From an uncultured Chloroflexia bacterium (GTDB lineage Bacteria; Chloroflexota; Limnocylindria; Limnocylindrales; CSP1-4), in assembly GCA_963712745.1 (NCBI GenBank), contig CAVQJC010000015.1:1-64000 (forward strand): a stretch of DNA of 64,000 bases. Reading direction: 5' to 3'. Positions 19,240 to 28,514 of this stretch are shown here, piece after piece. Within the stretch, counting starts at the first letter, position 1. Each line of letters starts with the position of its first letter. Under the pieces are notes generated by a model. That model made no database searches, had not been told where the DNA came from, and worked only from the letters and a program-made list of their open reading frames with translations. The position numbers and the translations under genes are program-made.

Positions 19240-19860
19240 TTGCGTTTCTCGGGGGTGACGGTCGCCTTCGGCGAGTCGGAGGTGTTGCGCGACGTCGATC
19301 TCGAGGTGCCCGGCGACGGCATCACCGTGGTACAGGGCCCATCCGGCTCAGGCAAGTCCACGCTGACGCGGCTCACCAATCGCCTGATCGACCCGACCCT
19401 CGGCACCGTCAGCCTGCGTGGTGTCGATGTCCTCGGCCTCGATGTACTCGAGCTGCGCCGGACCGTGGGCATGGTCTTCCAGCGGCCGACCCTCTTCGAC
19501 GGCACGGTCCGCGACAACCTCGCGGCCACCGGCGTCGAGGAGCCCGCGAGGCACGAGGAAGGGATGCGCGACGTCGGGCTCGGCGGAGACTTCCTGGGGC
19601 GTGCTGCCTCCACGCTGTCGGGCGGCGAGGCCCAGCGCGTGTGCCTGGCCCGGACCCTGCTGATGCGGCCGGGGGTGCTGGTGGCCGATGAGCCCACGGC
19701 CTCGCTGGACCACGAGGCCACGCTCGCGCTCGAAGCCCTGGCCCGCGGCCTGGCTGCTGAGGGCGTACCTGTCCTGTGGGTCACCCACGACCTGGCCCAG
19801 GTCGAGCGCATCGCCGATCACCGGGTGCGGCTTGAAGCCGGACGGGTGGTGGGCGCGTGA
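19240..19860 (+). CDS. ABC transporter ATP-binding protein (FetA-like)
   Basis: GPSGSGKST, LSGGEAQR, DEPT and VTHD motifs; true start may be GTG 19218 with a 1-base indel. Confidence 0.88.
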   Translation: MRFSGVTVAFGESEVLRDVDLEVPGDGITVVQGPSGSGKSTLTRLTNRLIDPTLGTVSLRGVDVLGLDVLELRRTVGMVFQRPTLFDGTVRDNLAATGVEEPARHEEGMRDVGLGGDFLGRAASTLSGGEAQRVCLARTLLMRPGVLVADEPTASLDHEATLALEALARGLAAEGVPVLWVTHDLAQVERIADHRVRLEAGRVVGA

Positions 19861-20630
19861 ACGGGCCGGTCGAACTCCTTGGCGTCGCGGCCTCCGGCCT
19901 GCTCGTGCTGGTGGCGGTGGGCATCAGCGCCTGGGCCGGCCTGCGCCTGGAGCGAGACCTCATCACCGCTGCCCTGCGCGCGCTGGTCCAACTCCTGCTG
20001 CTGGGCCTGGTGCTGGTGGCCATCCTCACGCCTGGCCAGCCACTGGCGCTTTCGTGGCTATGGGTGGCGGTGATGATCCTGTTCGCCGGCTGGACCGTCC
20101 ACCGCCGCGTGCCCAACGTACCCTGGCTGTGGCTGTTGTCGATGGGTGCGTTCACGGCCTCCGCCATCGTGACGCTCGGCGTGCTCTTCGGCGCCGGCGT
20201 CTTCCCGGTCGACAGCAACACCGTCGTGCCGCTGGCGGGCCTGATGATCGGCAATTCCATGACCGCCACGGTGCTGGTGACGCGCCGAATCATGGCCGAG
20301 CTCAAAGACAAGAGACTGGAGGTCGAAGCGCGCCTGGCCCTGGCCCAGCCATCCTCGGAGGCGGCCAGACCCTACCTCCGCGAAGCCCTGAGGACCGCGC
20401 TGGTCCCCCAGATCGAGACGACCAAGGCCGTCGGCATCGTCTTCCTGCCGGGCATGATGGTCGGCCTCCTGCTGGCCGGCGTGACCCCGCTCGATGCGGT
20501 GCAGGCACAGGTCGTGATCATGTACCTCGTGCTCGGCTCCGTGGCCGTCACCACCAGCGTCGTCACGCTCGGCATGCGTCGCATCCTGTTCACGCCCGCG
20601 CACCAGCTGCGGCTGCCCTCCGAGGGCTGA
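19857..20630 (+). CDS. fetB: iron export ABC permease FetB / UPF0014 family
   Basis: RALVQLLLLG, VPLAGLMIGNSM, EVEARLAL, GIVFLPGMMVG and AVQAQ motifs. Confidence 0.88.
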   Translation: MNGPVELLGVAASGLLVLVAVGISAWAGLRLERDLITAALRALVQLLLLGLVLVAILTPGQPLALSWLWVAVMILFAGWTVHRRVPNVPWLWLLSMGAFTASAIVTLGVLFGAGVFPVDSNTVVPLAGLMIGNSMTATVLVTRRIMAELKDKRLEVEARLALAQPSSEAARPYLREALRTALVPQIETTKAVGIVFLPGMMVGLLLAGVTPLDAVQAQVVIMYLVLGSVAVTTSVVTLGMRRILFTPAHQLRLPSEG

Positions 20631-20638
20631 TCTGCCCC

Positions 20639-21613
20639 ATGAAGGCCATCATCCAACGTCGGTACGGCGGGCCAGAAGTGGTCGAGCTGGCAGACGTCGC
20701 TGAGCCCGAGCCCGGCGACGGAGAGGTGCTCGTGCGAGTGCATGCATCCTCCGTCAACGCGGCCGACGTCGAGATCCTGGGTGGCATGGTGCTCGTGCGC
20801 ATGGCCGCACCCTTCCGGCCCGCGGCTCGCATCACCGGCTCTGATGTGGCCGGCGTCGTCGAACGCGTCGGTTCCGGAGTGACCGACCTGAAGCCCGGCG
20901 ACGAGGTCATGGCTGACCTGTCGGAGCATGGCTACGGAGCCTTCGCCGAACTCGTGGCGGCACCGGCCGAGGCCTTCCACCCCAAGCCGAGCAACCTCTC
21001 GTTCGAGGGGGCCGCAGCGGTGCCTTCCGCCGCCTGGGTCGCCATCAAGGGCATCCGCGACCGGCGCACGCTGGGAACGGACAGCCGGGTTCTGGTCAAC
21101 GGTGCGGGTGGCGGGATGGGCACGTTCGCGGTGCAGATGGCCAAAGCTCGGGGCGCCGAGGTGACCGGCGTCGATAGCGGGCCGAAGCTCGAGCTCCTCC
21201 GCTCCATCGGGGCCGACCACGTCGTCGACTACCAGGTCGAGGACGTCACCGAGGGCCATCGACGCTATGACCTCATCCTCGACGTGCAGGCCCATCGCTC
21301 GGTCCGCGACTATCGCCGGATCCTGGCGCCTGATGGCGCCTACCTCATGGTGGGCGGGTCCAGCTGGCGCATCCTCCAGGGCGCCCTGCTGGGGCAGTTC
21401 ATCTCGCAGACGAGCGACATGACCATCGGCATCCTGCCGGGCTGGCCGCACACCAGGCGAGACATGGAGGAGGTCAACGAGCTGCTCGAAAGCGGGGCCA
21501 TCCGGCCGGTCATCGACAGCAGCTACCCCCTGGCAGAGGCGGCGGAGGCGTTGCGACGGGTGGACCAGGGCCTGGCCCTGGGCAAGGTCGTCATCACCAT
21601 CACCGGCGCATGA
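20639..21613 (+). CDS. NAD(P)-dependent MDR oxidoreductase (quinone reductase-like)
   Basis: MKAIIQRRYGGPEV, GSDVAG, NGAGGGMG and GKVVI motifs. Confidence 0.9.
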   Translation: MKAIIQRRYGGPEVVELADVAEPEPGDGEVLVRVHASSVNAADVEILGGMVLVRMAAPFRPAARITGSDVAGVVERVGSGVTDLKPGDEVMADLSEHGYGAFAELVAAPAEAFHPKPSNLSFEGAAAVPSAAWVAIKGIRDRRTLGTDSRVLVNGAGGGMGTFAVQMAKARGAEVTGVDSGPKLELLRSIGADHVVDYQVEDVTEGHRRYDLILDVQAHRSVRDYRRILAPDGAYLMVGGSSWRILQGALLGQFISQTSDMTIGILPGWPHTRRDMEEVNELLESGAIRPVIDSSYPLAEAAEALRRVDQGLALGKVVITITGA

Positions 21614-21695
21614 GGACCGCCAGGCCGTGCGCCAAGCTGACCGAGCGGGGCCAGGCTCGCCGAATACGACCCCGGGCGACGGCCGCGCTCGAACT

Positions 21696-22316
21696 CTAGG
21701 CCGGGCGCCGCGCGATGACGAGGGTGTCGAGGGCGGTGCGCAGGCCGTCGTCGGTCTCCACCGCGCGCTCCGCGATCTCTGCCCGCTCGATGACGAGTGC
21801 CGACAGGGCTGCGACCGTGTCCCCGAGCTCGTAGCAGACCGCGGCATCCGGCGGCCCCCCGTGGCCGTGCTCGACGTTGGAGCGGTCATGTGCCACGAGG
21901 AACAGACTGCCACCGGGCCGGAGCCAGGTGGCTGCGTGCTCGAGGACGACCCGCTGCTCCACAGCCGGGATCTGCAGATAGGCGATGAGCACCAGGTCGA
22001 CCGGTCGGGCTGGTGCCCAGGAGAGGGCATCGGCGATCACGGTCTCGACGCGATCGCCCACCCCGCGATCCGCCGCGAGGCGGCGGGCCTTGTCCAGCCC
22101 GACCTGCGAGATGTCGACCGCCGTGACCCGCCATCCCGCCTGGGCGAGCCAGACGGCGTTGCGGCCTTCTCCCGCGGCCAGATCGACCGCGTTCCCGGGC
22201 GGCAGAGCGGACAGCTCGCGCTCGACGAACTGGTTGGGCGCCACGTCCCACACGTATTCGCGTCCCGCGTAGCGTTCATCCCAGCGCTCCGTGACCGAGT
22301 CCGTGGTGTCGTTCAC
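21696..22316 (-). CDS. class I SAM-dependent methyltransferase
   Basis: WDERY, PNQFV, DLAAGEGRNAVWLA and LRPGG motifs; GTG start overlaps the fur stop. Confidence 0.88.
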   Translation of the reverse strand: MNDTTDSVTERWDERYAGREYVWDVAPNQFVERELSALPPGNAVDLAAGEGRNAVWLAQAGWRVTAVDISQVGLDKARRLAADRGVGDRVETVIADALSWAPARPVDLVLIAYLQIPAVEQRVVLEHAATWLRPGGSLFLVAHDRSNVEHGHGGPPDAAVCYELGDTVAALSALVIERAEIAERAVETDDGLRTALDTLVIARRPA

Positions 22317-22747
22317 GAGTCGCCCGCTCTGCACTCGGGACAGCGGCCGAAGAGCTCCAGCCGGTGCCGGTCGACCTTCCAGCCGGTAGTGCGCTCCATG
22401 CGAGCGATGGCTTCACCCAGGCCGAGGTCCTCGACCTCGGTCACGCGAGCGCACTGCTGGCAGATCACGTGGTGGTGGTGATAGCCGGGCAGGCAGGGCA
22501 CGTAGGCGTGGTCGCCGTTGGGCAGGTCGATGCGCTCCAGCACCTCGAGCTCGGTGAAAAGGTCGAGTGCGCGGAAGATGGTGGCCCGGCCGATGCCCAG
22601 GTCCTGCGTGGAGGCGTCGGCGATGAGGTCGTTGGCCGTGAAGTGCCCGTTGCGCGCGGCCACCAGCTCGGCCACCACGCGACGAGGCTCGGTGAGCCGA
22701 TAGCCCGCGTCGCCGAGCGCATCGACGAGAGGTTGCGAGGTCGTCAT
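22313..22747 (-). CDS. Fur-family transcriptional regulator
   Basis: GYRLTEPR, HFTA, ATIFRAL, HHHHVICQQC and GRCPEC motifs. Confidence 0.93.
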   Translation of the reverse strand: MTTSQPLVDALGDAGYRLTEPRRVVAELVAARNGHFTANDLIADASTQDLGIGRATIFRALDLFTELEVLERIDLPNGDHAYVPCLPGYHHHHVICQQCARVTEVEDLGLGEAIARMERTTGWKVDRHRLELFGRCPECRAGDS

Positions 22748-22762
22748 CTCGGTCCATCGTAC

Positions 22763-22777
22763 CGAGATTCAGTCTCA
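22763..22777. promoter_or_regulatory. candidate Fur-family box
   Basis: Imperfect palindrome GAGATT-C-AGTCTC directly upstream of fur. Confidence 0.35.
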
Positions 22778-22870
22778 GGGTCAGAACGCTCGCCGACGCG
22801 TCACGAGCGGCTGGCTATGCTCGTGTGGCGGCGAGAGCCGAGCTTGCACGAATGTCAGCCTGGGGGAACC

Positions 22871-23281
22871 ATGACCGAGACCGTCTTCGACGATGCCTTC
22901 ACCGTCCGCCTCGACGTGCCCTACGAAGAGGCACGCGAGCGAACCGAGTCCGCTCTCAAGGAGCAGGGGTTCGGGGTGATCACCGAGATCGACCTGCGTG
23001 CGACCTTCGAGGCCAAGCTGGGACGTGAGTTCCGCAAGTACGCCATCCTCGGTGCCTGCAACCCGAACCTGGCCATCCGCGCCCTGAGCTCCGAGCCCGC
23101 GGTGGGGCTCCTGCTGCCCTGCAACGTCATCGTCTACGAGGACGAGGGAGGTGCCGGTTGCACGATCTCCCTGATCGACCCGATGGGCCTGCTCGGCGAG
23201 GCCATGGCCGAAGAACTCAAGGAGGTGGCCGACGAAGCCCACGGCCGGCTCGCACGCGTGGCGGAGACTCTGGCCGGCTGA
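22871..23281 (+). CDS. DUF302 domain protein
   Basis: GFGVITEID, YAILGACNP and GLLLPCNVIV motifs. Confidence 0.9.
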   Translation: MTETVFDDAFTVRLDVPYEEARERTESALKEQGFGVITEIDLRATFEAKLGREFRKYAILGACNPNLAIRALSSEPAVGLLLPCNVIVYEDEGGAGCTISLIDPMGLLGEAMAEELKEVADEAHGRLARVAETLAG

Positions 23282-23290
23282 CCCAGCTAC

Positions 23291-24106
23291 ATGGTGACAG
23301 CGCCCGACCGCAAGCCGACGCTACGCTCGGTGGCCATGCCTGCCGAGCACGGCGGCTGGGGCCTGACGCTGGAGCCGGGCATCCTGGGCCTGCTCATCGC
23401 GCCGAGCATCGCGGGTTTGCTGCTGGGCGTCGCGGCCGTTCTCGCGTTCCTGCTGCGGACGCCACTGCGTCTCGTGCTCATCGGCCGGCGGCGGGGCGAG
23501 GGACCGCGCACCGCCATGGGGCAGGAACGGATGCGCCTGGCCACGCGCGTCGCAGCCCTCGAGCTGGGTGGCCTCGGCCTGGCCGTGGCGGCCGCCGCGA
23601 CCCTGGCCGCGGACGCCATGTGGTGGCTGCCGATGGTCGTCGCCGCTCCCCTCTTCGGGGTCGCGCTCTGGTTCGACCGGCGCTCCTTGAGCCGACAGCT
23701 GATCCCGGAGATGGTGGGCTCGGTGGCCGTGGCGGGAGTCGCGGCCATGGGCGCGGCGGCCGGTGGCGCAGCCTGGCCGCTGGCCCTGGGCGCCTGGATC
23801 ATGCTCATCGCCCGCATCCTCTCGTCGATCCCCCACGTGCGCGCACAGGTGCTGCGCATCCACGGTAAGGCGGCACCGGCCACCCCTATGCTCGTCGGTG
23901 ACGTGGCGGCACTCATCGCGGCCGTGACCGCAGTGCTGCTGGAGGCGACGCTCGTCGGCGGAGCCATCGCCATCGCCGGGCTCATCGTCGTCCAGCGCGT
24001 GACGCTGGCACGCCCGCCTCGACCGGCCAAGATCCTGGGCGTGCGCCAGATGATCTTCGGCTTCACGGTCGTCGGCGCCACAGCCAGCGGGGCCTGGCTG
24101 CTGTAG
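23291..24106 (+). CDS. YwiC-like membrane protein
   Basis: PAEHGGWG N-terminal motif, multiple TM segments, AKILGVRQ. Confidence 0.8.
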   Translation: MVTAPDRKPTLRSVAMPAEHGGWGLTLEPGILGLLIAPSIAGLLLGVAAVLAFLLRTPLRLVLIGRRRGEGPRTAMGQERMRLATRVAALELGGLGLAVAAAATLAADAMWWLPMVVAAPLFGVALWFDRRSLSRQLIPEMVGSVAVAGVAAMGAAAGGAAWPLALGAWIMLIARILSSIPHVRAQVLRIHGKAAPATPMLVGDVAALIAAVTAVLLEATLVGGAIAIAGLIVVQRVTLARPPRPAKILGVRQMIFGFTVVGATASGAWLL

Positions 24107-24112
24107 CGTGGC

Positions 24113-24553
24113 CTACCCGATGAGCCGCACGAACACATAGCTGCCCTGGATGGCGCCGAATGCGGGCCACATCGCCCAGATCACGACCCAGTACACAGGG
24201 CCGCGGCCGCGGAACCCGAGGTCGCGGTCCCAGACGAAGATGGGCACCGCCGTGTACACGTACGGCACCGAGGCGGCCAGCGCAAGCAGGAAGCCCCACT
24301 GGTAGCCCAGCAGCATGCCGACGCTGCCCGCGAGCTGCAGCGGGACCCAGAGCACGACATCAGCCCAGGCCAGGCCCTGGTTGAAGGCGAAGTACGCGGT
24401 CGCGTCGGTGGTGGCGGGATCGCCGCCGTAGACGTTGTCCACGGTCCAGCGGGCCCGCGGCCGGAGCATCGCCACGAGCTGGAGGGCGCCCAGCAGGCCG
24501 ATGAGCACGAGTCCCGCGACGGCCACGACCCACGTCGTCAAGGTCACTTCCAT
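24113..24553 (-). CDS. hypothetical membrane protein
   Basis: ~4 TM segments (AWADVVLW...GFLLAL); in a putative operon with TetR. Confidence 0.7.
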   Translation of the reverse strand: MEVTLTTWVVAVAGLVLIGLLGALQLVAMLRPRARWTVDNVYGGDPATTDATAYFAFNQGLAWADVVLWVPLQLAGSVGMLLGYQWGFLLALAASVPYVYTAVPIFVWDRDLGFRGRGPVYWVVIWAMWPAFGAIQGSYVFVRLIG

Positions 24554-24575
24554 ATCCAGTCTCCCCCCATCCGCC

Positions 24576-25004
24576 TCAGGCCAGCTCGGCGATGGCTGCG
24601 CCGATGGTGATGAGGCCGGCGCCGGCCCAGACACCGAGCATGGCCAGCCCCAGCCGGACGTTCGAGGGCTCGCCGATGCGGAAGCCTCGCCGCCGCAGCT
24701 CGAGGCGGCTGGCGATACCACGGCCCCCGAAGTAGACGTACATGCCGCCGCCGATGAGCCCGAGCGGGGCCCAGGCCTGGTGGCCCGCGAGGAGCAGGAG
24801 CCCTGCGACCGGCAGCGTCCACAGGACGACGAGATCCCACAGCGCCTCGCCGCGGATATCAGCCCAGTACACGTCTTCCACCGCACCCTCCGACTCGACC
24901 AGGCTCAGACGTTCGGCGGCGCCCGGAGAGAACCACGACAACGCCTGGCCGCCCCAGGCCAGCAGGCCCAGGGCCACGATGGCGATGCCCCAAAGCAAGT
25001 CCAT
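24576..25004 (-). CDS. hypothetical membrane protein
   Basis: 4 TM segments; GAAGGAG RBS. Confidence 0.75.
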   Translation of the reverse strand: MDLLWGIAIVALGLLAWGGQALSWFSPGAAERLSLVESEGAVEDVYWADIRGEALWDLVVLWTLPVAGLLLLAGHQAWAPLGLIGGGMYVYFGGRGIASRLELRRRGFRIGEPSNVRLGLAMLGVWAGAGLITIGAAIAELA

Positions 25005-25013
25005 AGCGCTCCT

Positions 25014-25697
25014 TCACGCTCCGAAGATCGAGGCCGGATCGGGCGGCGGCACCGGCCGTCCCTGGCGGCGTCGCCGGCCGTCCCGGGCGGACGTGAGCAG
25101 GGTGAACAGACGGAGTGCATTGGCCTCCACCCGCCCCTGCAGATCCTCGCCCGGCACCGCGCGGCCGTTGATGAGGTTAAGCGTCTCGCCGTCGATGTAG
25201 GCCAGCACGATGTCCGCGGCGTCCGCCGCGGTGGCCTCGTCGGTCGCCGCTCCTGCCGCAGACCTGACCACGGAAGCGAACCAGCGCTTCATCGCGCCCA
25301 CGGTCTCCAGGATGTCTGCGGGCACGGCCCCCGCATCGATGGGATCAGAGCCGATGAAGCGGTAGAGCCCGGGGTTCTGCTGGGGGAATGACGCCAGGTT
25401 GGCGACGGTGCGCCGCAGATACTCGGCCGGCGCCAGCTCCGTGTCGAGGTCGCGCGTCACATACTCGCCGTAGATCCGGATAGCCCGCCGGAACGCCTCC
25501 CAAAGCAGGTCGCCGTAACTGTCGAAGTAGTTGTAGACGTTGGTGTGCGCGCAGCCCAGGCGGCGTGAGATCTGCCGCAGGTTGACAGGCAGCGACCCCC
25601 CTTCCTGGGCGATCGACTCCAGCGTGGTCTCGACGAACCGCTCGGCACCCCGGCCGGTCGGGCCCTGCTTCGTGGTCGCTTCATTACCAATGGTCAT
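25014..25697 (-). CDS. TetR/AcrR-family regulator
   Basis: NLRQISRRLGCAHTNVYNYF HTH; NPGLYRFI. Confidence 0.9.
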   Translation of the reverse strand: MTIGNEATTKQGPTGRGAERFVETTLESIAQEGGSLPVNLRQISRRLGCAHTNVYNYFDSYGDLLWEAFRRAIRIYGEYVTRDLDTELAPAEYLRRTVANLASFPQQNPGLYRFIGSDPIDAGAVPADILETVGAMKRWFASVVRSAAGAATDEATAADAADIVLAYIDGETLNLINGRAVPGEDLQGRVEANALRLFTLLTSARDGRRRRQGRPVPPPDPASIFGA

Positions 25698-25712
25698 TAC
25701 CACTGGTAGTAT
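25682..25712. promoter_or_regulatory. tandem palindromes, candidate TetR operator
   Basis: ATTACCAATGGTCAT and ATTACCACTGGTAGT overlapping the TetR start in an AT-rich divergent gap. Confidence 0.5.
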
Positions 25713-25742
25713 AGTCATCAGGGCAAGCGCCGGGAGGGGGTC

Positions 25743-26432
25743 GTGCTGACAGGGCTGATGATCGCGCTCGTCGTGGCCGCCGCGGGCTCGGCGGCCGCGT
25801 GCGTATGGGCCCTGATGGCCATTCGCCTGGGCCGTGCGCTCGGGACGGCGGTGGCCCTGGTCATCGCCGCCGTGATGGCGGCCGTCTACGTCGCCCTCAT
25901 CAAGCCATGGCATCTGAGCTGGGGCGCGACCGACGAGGAGCTGCGGCGGTCGATGCCCGGCGACGAGCTGCTACCGGATGCGGTCTCGGCGACACGGGCC
26001 ATCACCATCGCTGCGACGCCCCAGGAGGTCTGGCCCTGGCTGGTGCAGCTCGGCTACGGACGCGCCGGCTGGTACAGCTACGACTGGATCGACAACGACT
26101 TCCGGCGCAGCGCGGATCGCATCGTGCCCCAGTTTCAGCGACTCGAGCCGGGCGACAAGATCCTGATGATGCCGGGCATGGGCTTCGAGGTTCAGGCGGT
26201 CGAGAGACCGCACTCGATCGTCAGTCTGCTCGAGGACGGGACCACGTCATGGTGCCTGGCCCTGTACCCGCTCGAGGATGGAGGCAGCCGCCTCGTCAGC
26301 CGCTGGCGGCCCAAGTTCAGACGCTCGGTGGCCACGTTCCTCATGCTCCTGCTCGTCGAACCGGGCACGTTCGTGATGGAGCAGAAGATGCTGCGGACGA
26401 TCAGGGACCGCGTGGAGTCCGCCCGGTCGTAG
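25743..26432 (+). CDS. SRPBCC-like membrane-anchored protein
   Basis: WGATDEE...MPGDEL, TRAITI, VWPWLVQLGYGRAGWYSYD and FVMEQKML motifs. Confidence 0.8.
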   Translation: MLTGLMIALVVAAAGSAAACVWALMAIRLGRALGTAVALVIAAVMAAVYVALIKPWHLSWGATDEELRRSMPGDELLPDAVSATRAITIAATPQEVWPWLVQLGYGRAGWYSYDWIDNDFRRSADRIVPQFQRLEPGDKILMMPGMGFEVQAVERPHSIVSLLEDGTTSWCLALYPLEDGGSRLVSRWRPKFRRSVATFLMLLLVEPGTFVMEQKMLRTIRDRVESARS

Positions 26433-26480
26433 TCGGTCCGCCGAGCGCCGGGTGTCTGCTCTCGGCGATCAGACTCGCTC

Positions 26481-26517
26481 AACGAAAGAGGCCGGCCCCT
26501 TGCCGGGGCCGGCCTCT
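26481..26517 (-). terminator. intrinsic terminator downstream of the cold-shock gene
   Basis: 13-bp stem AGAGGCCGGCCCC/GGGGCCGGCCTCT followed by TTCGTT on the minus strand. Confidence 0.7.
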
Positions 26518-26550
26518 GGTCGTGCTTGGCGCGTCACCGCGCCGGCGAGC

Positions 26551-26754
26551 CTAGGTCAGGCGAACCTTCTGGGCCTGCGGGCCCTTCTGGCTCTGACCGA
26601 TCTCGAACTCGACCTTCTCACCACCGACCAGGCGGTCGAAGTCGGACGAGGACTCGAGCTCATTGCGATGGAAGAAGTATTCCTTGCCGTCGTCGGCGGC
26701 GATGAAGCCAAAGCCTCGATCAGAGACAAGCTTCTTGACAGTACCGGTGGCCAT
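26551..26754 (-). CDS. cold-shock protein
   Basis: MATGTVKK, RGFGFI (RNP1), YFFH (RNP2), KGPQA; AGGAGG RBS. Confidence 0.95.
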   Translation of the reverse strand: MATGTVKKLVSDRGFGFIAADDGKEYFFHRNELESSSDFDRLVGGEKVEFEIGQSQKGPQAQKVRLT

Positions 26755-26861
26755 TGGGGCCCTCCTACGGATCCCGAACGAAGAAATGCGACTGCGCACG
26801 GTCCGTTCGAGAAGAGGGGTGACCACGCGGGCTTGCTACGACATGCAGCCTTCTCACGATA

Positions 26862-28514
26862 TCACGTACGTCGAATCGATGGATGCAGGTGGACCACGCG
26901 TTCGACGTGGGCACCGATGGTCGGGCGGTGCGAGATGACCAGCACCGTACGCCCTTCCAGCCACGGATCCAGGGCCGACCATAGCGCCGTCTCGGTGGTG
27001 CTGTCGAGATCGGCGGTGGCCTCGTCAAGGATGACGATGGGCGAGTCCTTCAGCACCGCCCGGGCGATGGCCAGTCGGCGACGCTCGCCGCCCGAGAGCA
27101 GCAGGCCGTCCTCGCCCACCACGGTGTCATAGCCGTCGGGCAGCGAGGCGAGGAAGCCATCGAGCTGGGCGATGCGGCAGGCTCGGTCGAGCGCGGAGCG
27201 GTCCGCGTGGGCATCGGCCACCTGCAGGTTGTCTTCGATGCTGGCATTGAAGAGGTACACGTCCTGCGGGACCACGCCTAGCAGCGCACGAGTCTCGTCC
27301 TGGGCGAGCGCGTGCAGCTCGTGGCCGCCGATGCGGATCGAGCCGGCGTCGTAGTCCCAGAAGCGGAGCAGGAGCGCGACCAGCGTCGACTTGCCACAGC
27401 CGGACGGGCCCACCAGGGCCAGGCGTTCCCCCGGTCCGATGTGCAGATCGAGGTCGTGCAGCACCCACGGCTCCGAGGGTCCGAAGCGGAATGAGAGCCC
27501 GGACACCTCGAGATCGTAGGCGGTCGGCGGCGACACGGGCTGCCTGGGATCGACCACCGGCGGCGTCTCGTCGAGGAGCTCGAACAGCCGCCGCGCGGAG
27601 GCCTTGGTGGTGTCGTAGAGCTGCAATGAGCGCGACAGGGGCTGCACCGCCTCGAAGGCCGCGATGGCGGCCAGCGGCAGGGCGGCCAGGAAGACGCCTT
27701 CGAGCTGGCCGGAGGTCACGAGCGGGATGGCCAGCACGAGGATGGTGAGGCCGGCCAGCGACGCGAAGAGACCCGAGAGGGCGTTGCTCACGCCCTCGAT
27801 GGTGCCCAGGCGACGCCGCGCCTCGTCGAGCTCCCGCGCCCGGGCCAGCAGCCGGTCCCGGTGGCCGGCAGCTGCGTCCAGCGCGACGAGATCTGCCACC
27901 CCGGCCACTTCGTCGAGCAGCATCGCGCCCACGTCGCCTCGAAGCGCCGCCACCGACGCAGCCGGTGCGGTCGAAAGCCAGCGCGAGACCAGCGGCAGGA
28001 CGACTCCGGTGAGCAAGAGGAAGAAGGCCAGCGCCAGGCCGATAGCCAGGTCGAAGGCGCCGTAGATGACGCTGACGGCCCCGACCACGACGGCAGCCAC
28101 GACCGGCGGCACCAGCACCTTGATGTAGAAGTCCTCGAGCGCGTCGACGTCATCGACCGAGCGCGTGAGCAGGTCGCCGCTGCGCTCGTGCACGAGGCGC
28201 GCCGGTGCCAGCGGCTCGATGGCGCGATAGAACCAGACCCTCACGCTCGAGAGGATGCGGAACATGGCGCGGTGCGTGGTGTAGCGCTCGAGGTAGCGGA
28301 AGGCCGCGCGAGAGATGGCCAGTACGCGCACACCCGTGACCGCCAGGGCCAGCTCGGCCACGCCGGTGGCGATGGCCGCCTTGGAGATGAGGTAGGCGGA
28401 GAGACCCATGAGCGCGATGTTCGAGCCGACGGCAACGACGCCGAAGACGGCTCCCGCCGCCAGCCAGGTCCAGTTCGAAGAGACCAGGGCCAAGAGACGG
28501 CGCATGTCGTTCAT
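26862..28514 (-). CDS. cydC: thiol/heme ABC exporter CydC
   Basis: RAAFRYLERY..H, SGDLLTR..DD, GPSGCGKST and LSGGERRR motifs; cyd operon. Confidence 0.92.
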   Translation of the reverse strand: MNDMRRLLALVSSNWTWLAAGAVFGVVAVGSNIALMGLSAYLISKAAIATGVAELALAVTGVRVLAISRAAFRYLERYTTHRAMFRILSSVRVWFYRAIEPLAPARLVHERSGDLLTRSVDDVDALEDFYIKVLVPPVVAAVVVGAVSVIYGAFDLAIGLALAFFLLLTGVVLPLVSRWLSTAPAASVAALRGDVGAMLLDEVAGVADLVALDAAAGHRDRLLARARELDEARRRLGTIEGVSNALSGLFASLAGLTILVLAIPLVTSGQLEGVFLAALPLAAIAAFEAVQPLSRSLQLYDTTKASARRLFELLDETPPVVDPRQPVSPPTAYDLEVSGLSFRFGPSEPWVLHDLDLHIGPGERLALVGPSGCGKSTLVALLLRFWDYDAGSIRIGGHELHALAQDETRALLGVVPQDVYLFNASIEDNLQVADAHADRSALDRACRIAQLDGFLASLPDGYDTVVGEDGLLLSGGERRRLAIARAVLKDSPIVILDEATADLDSTTETALWSALDPWLEGRTVLVISHRPTIGAHVERVVHLHPSIRRT

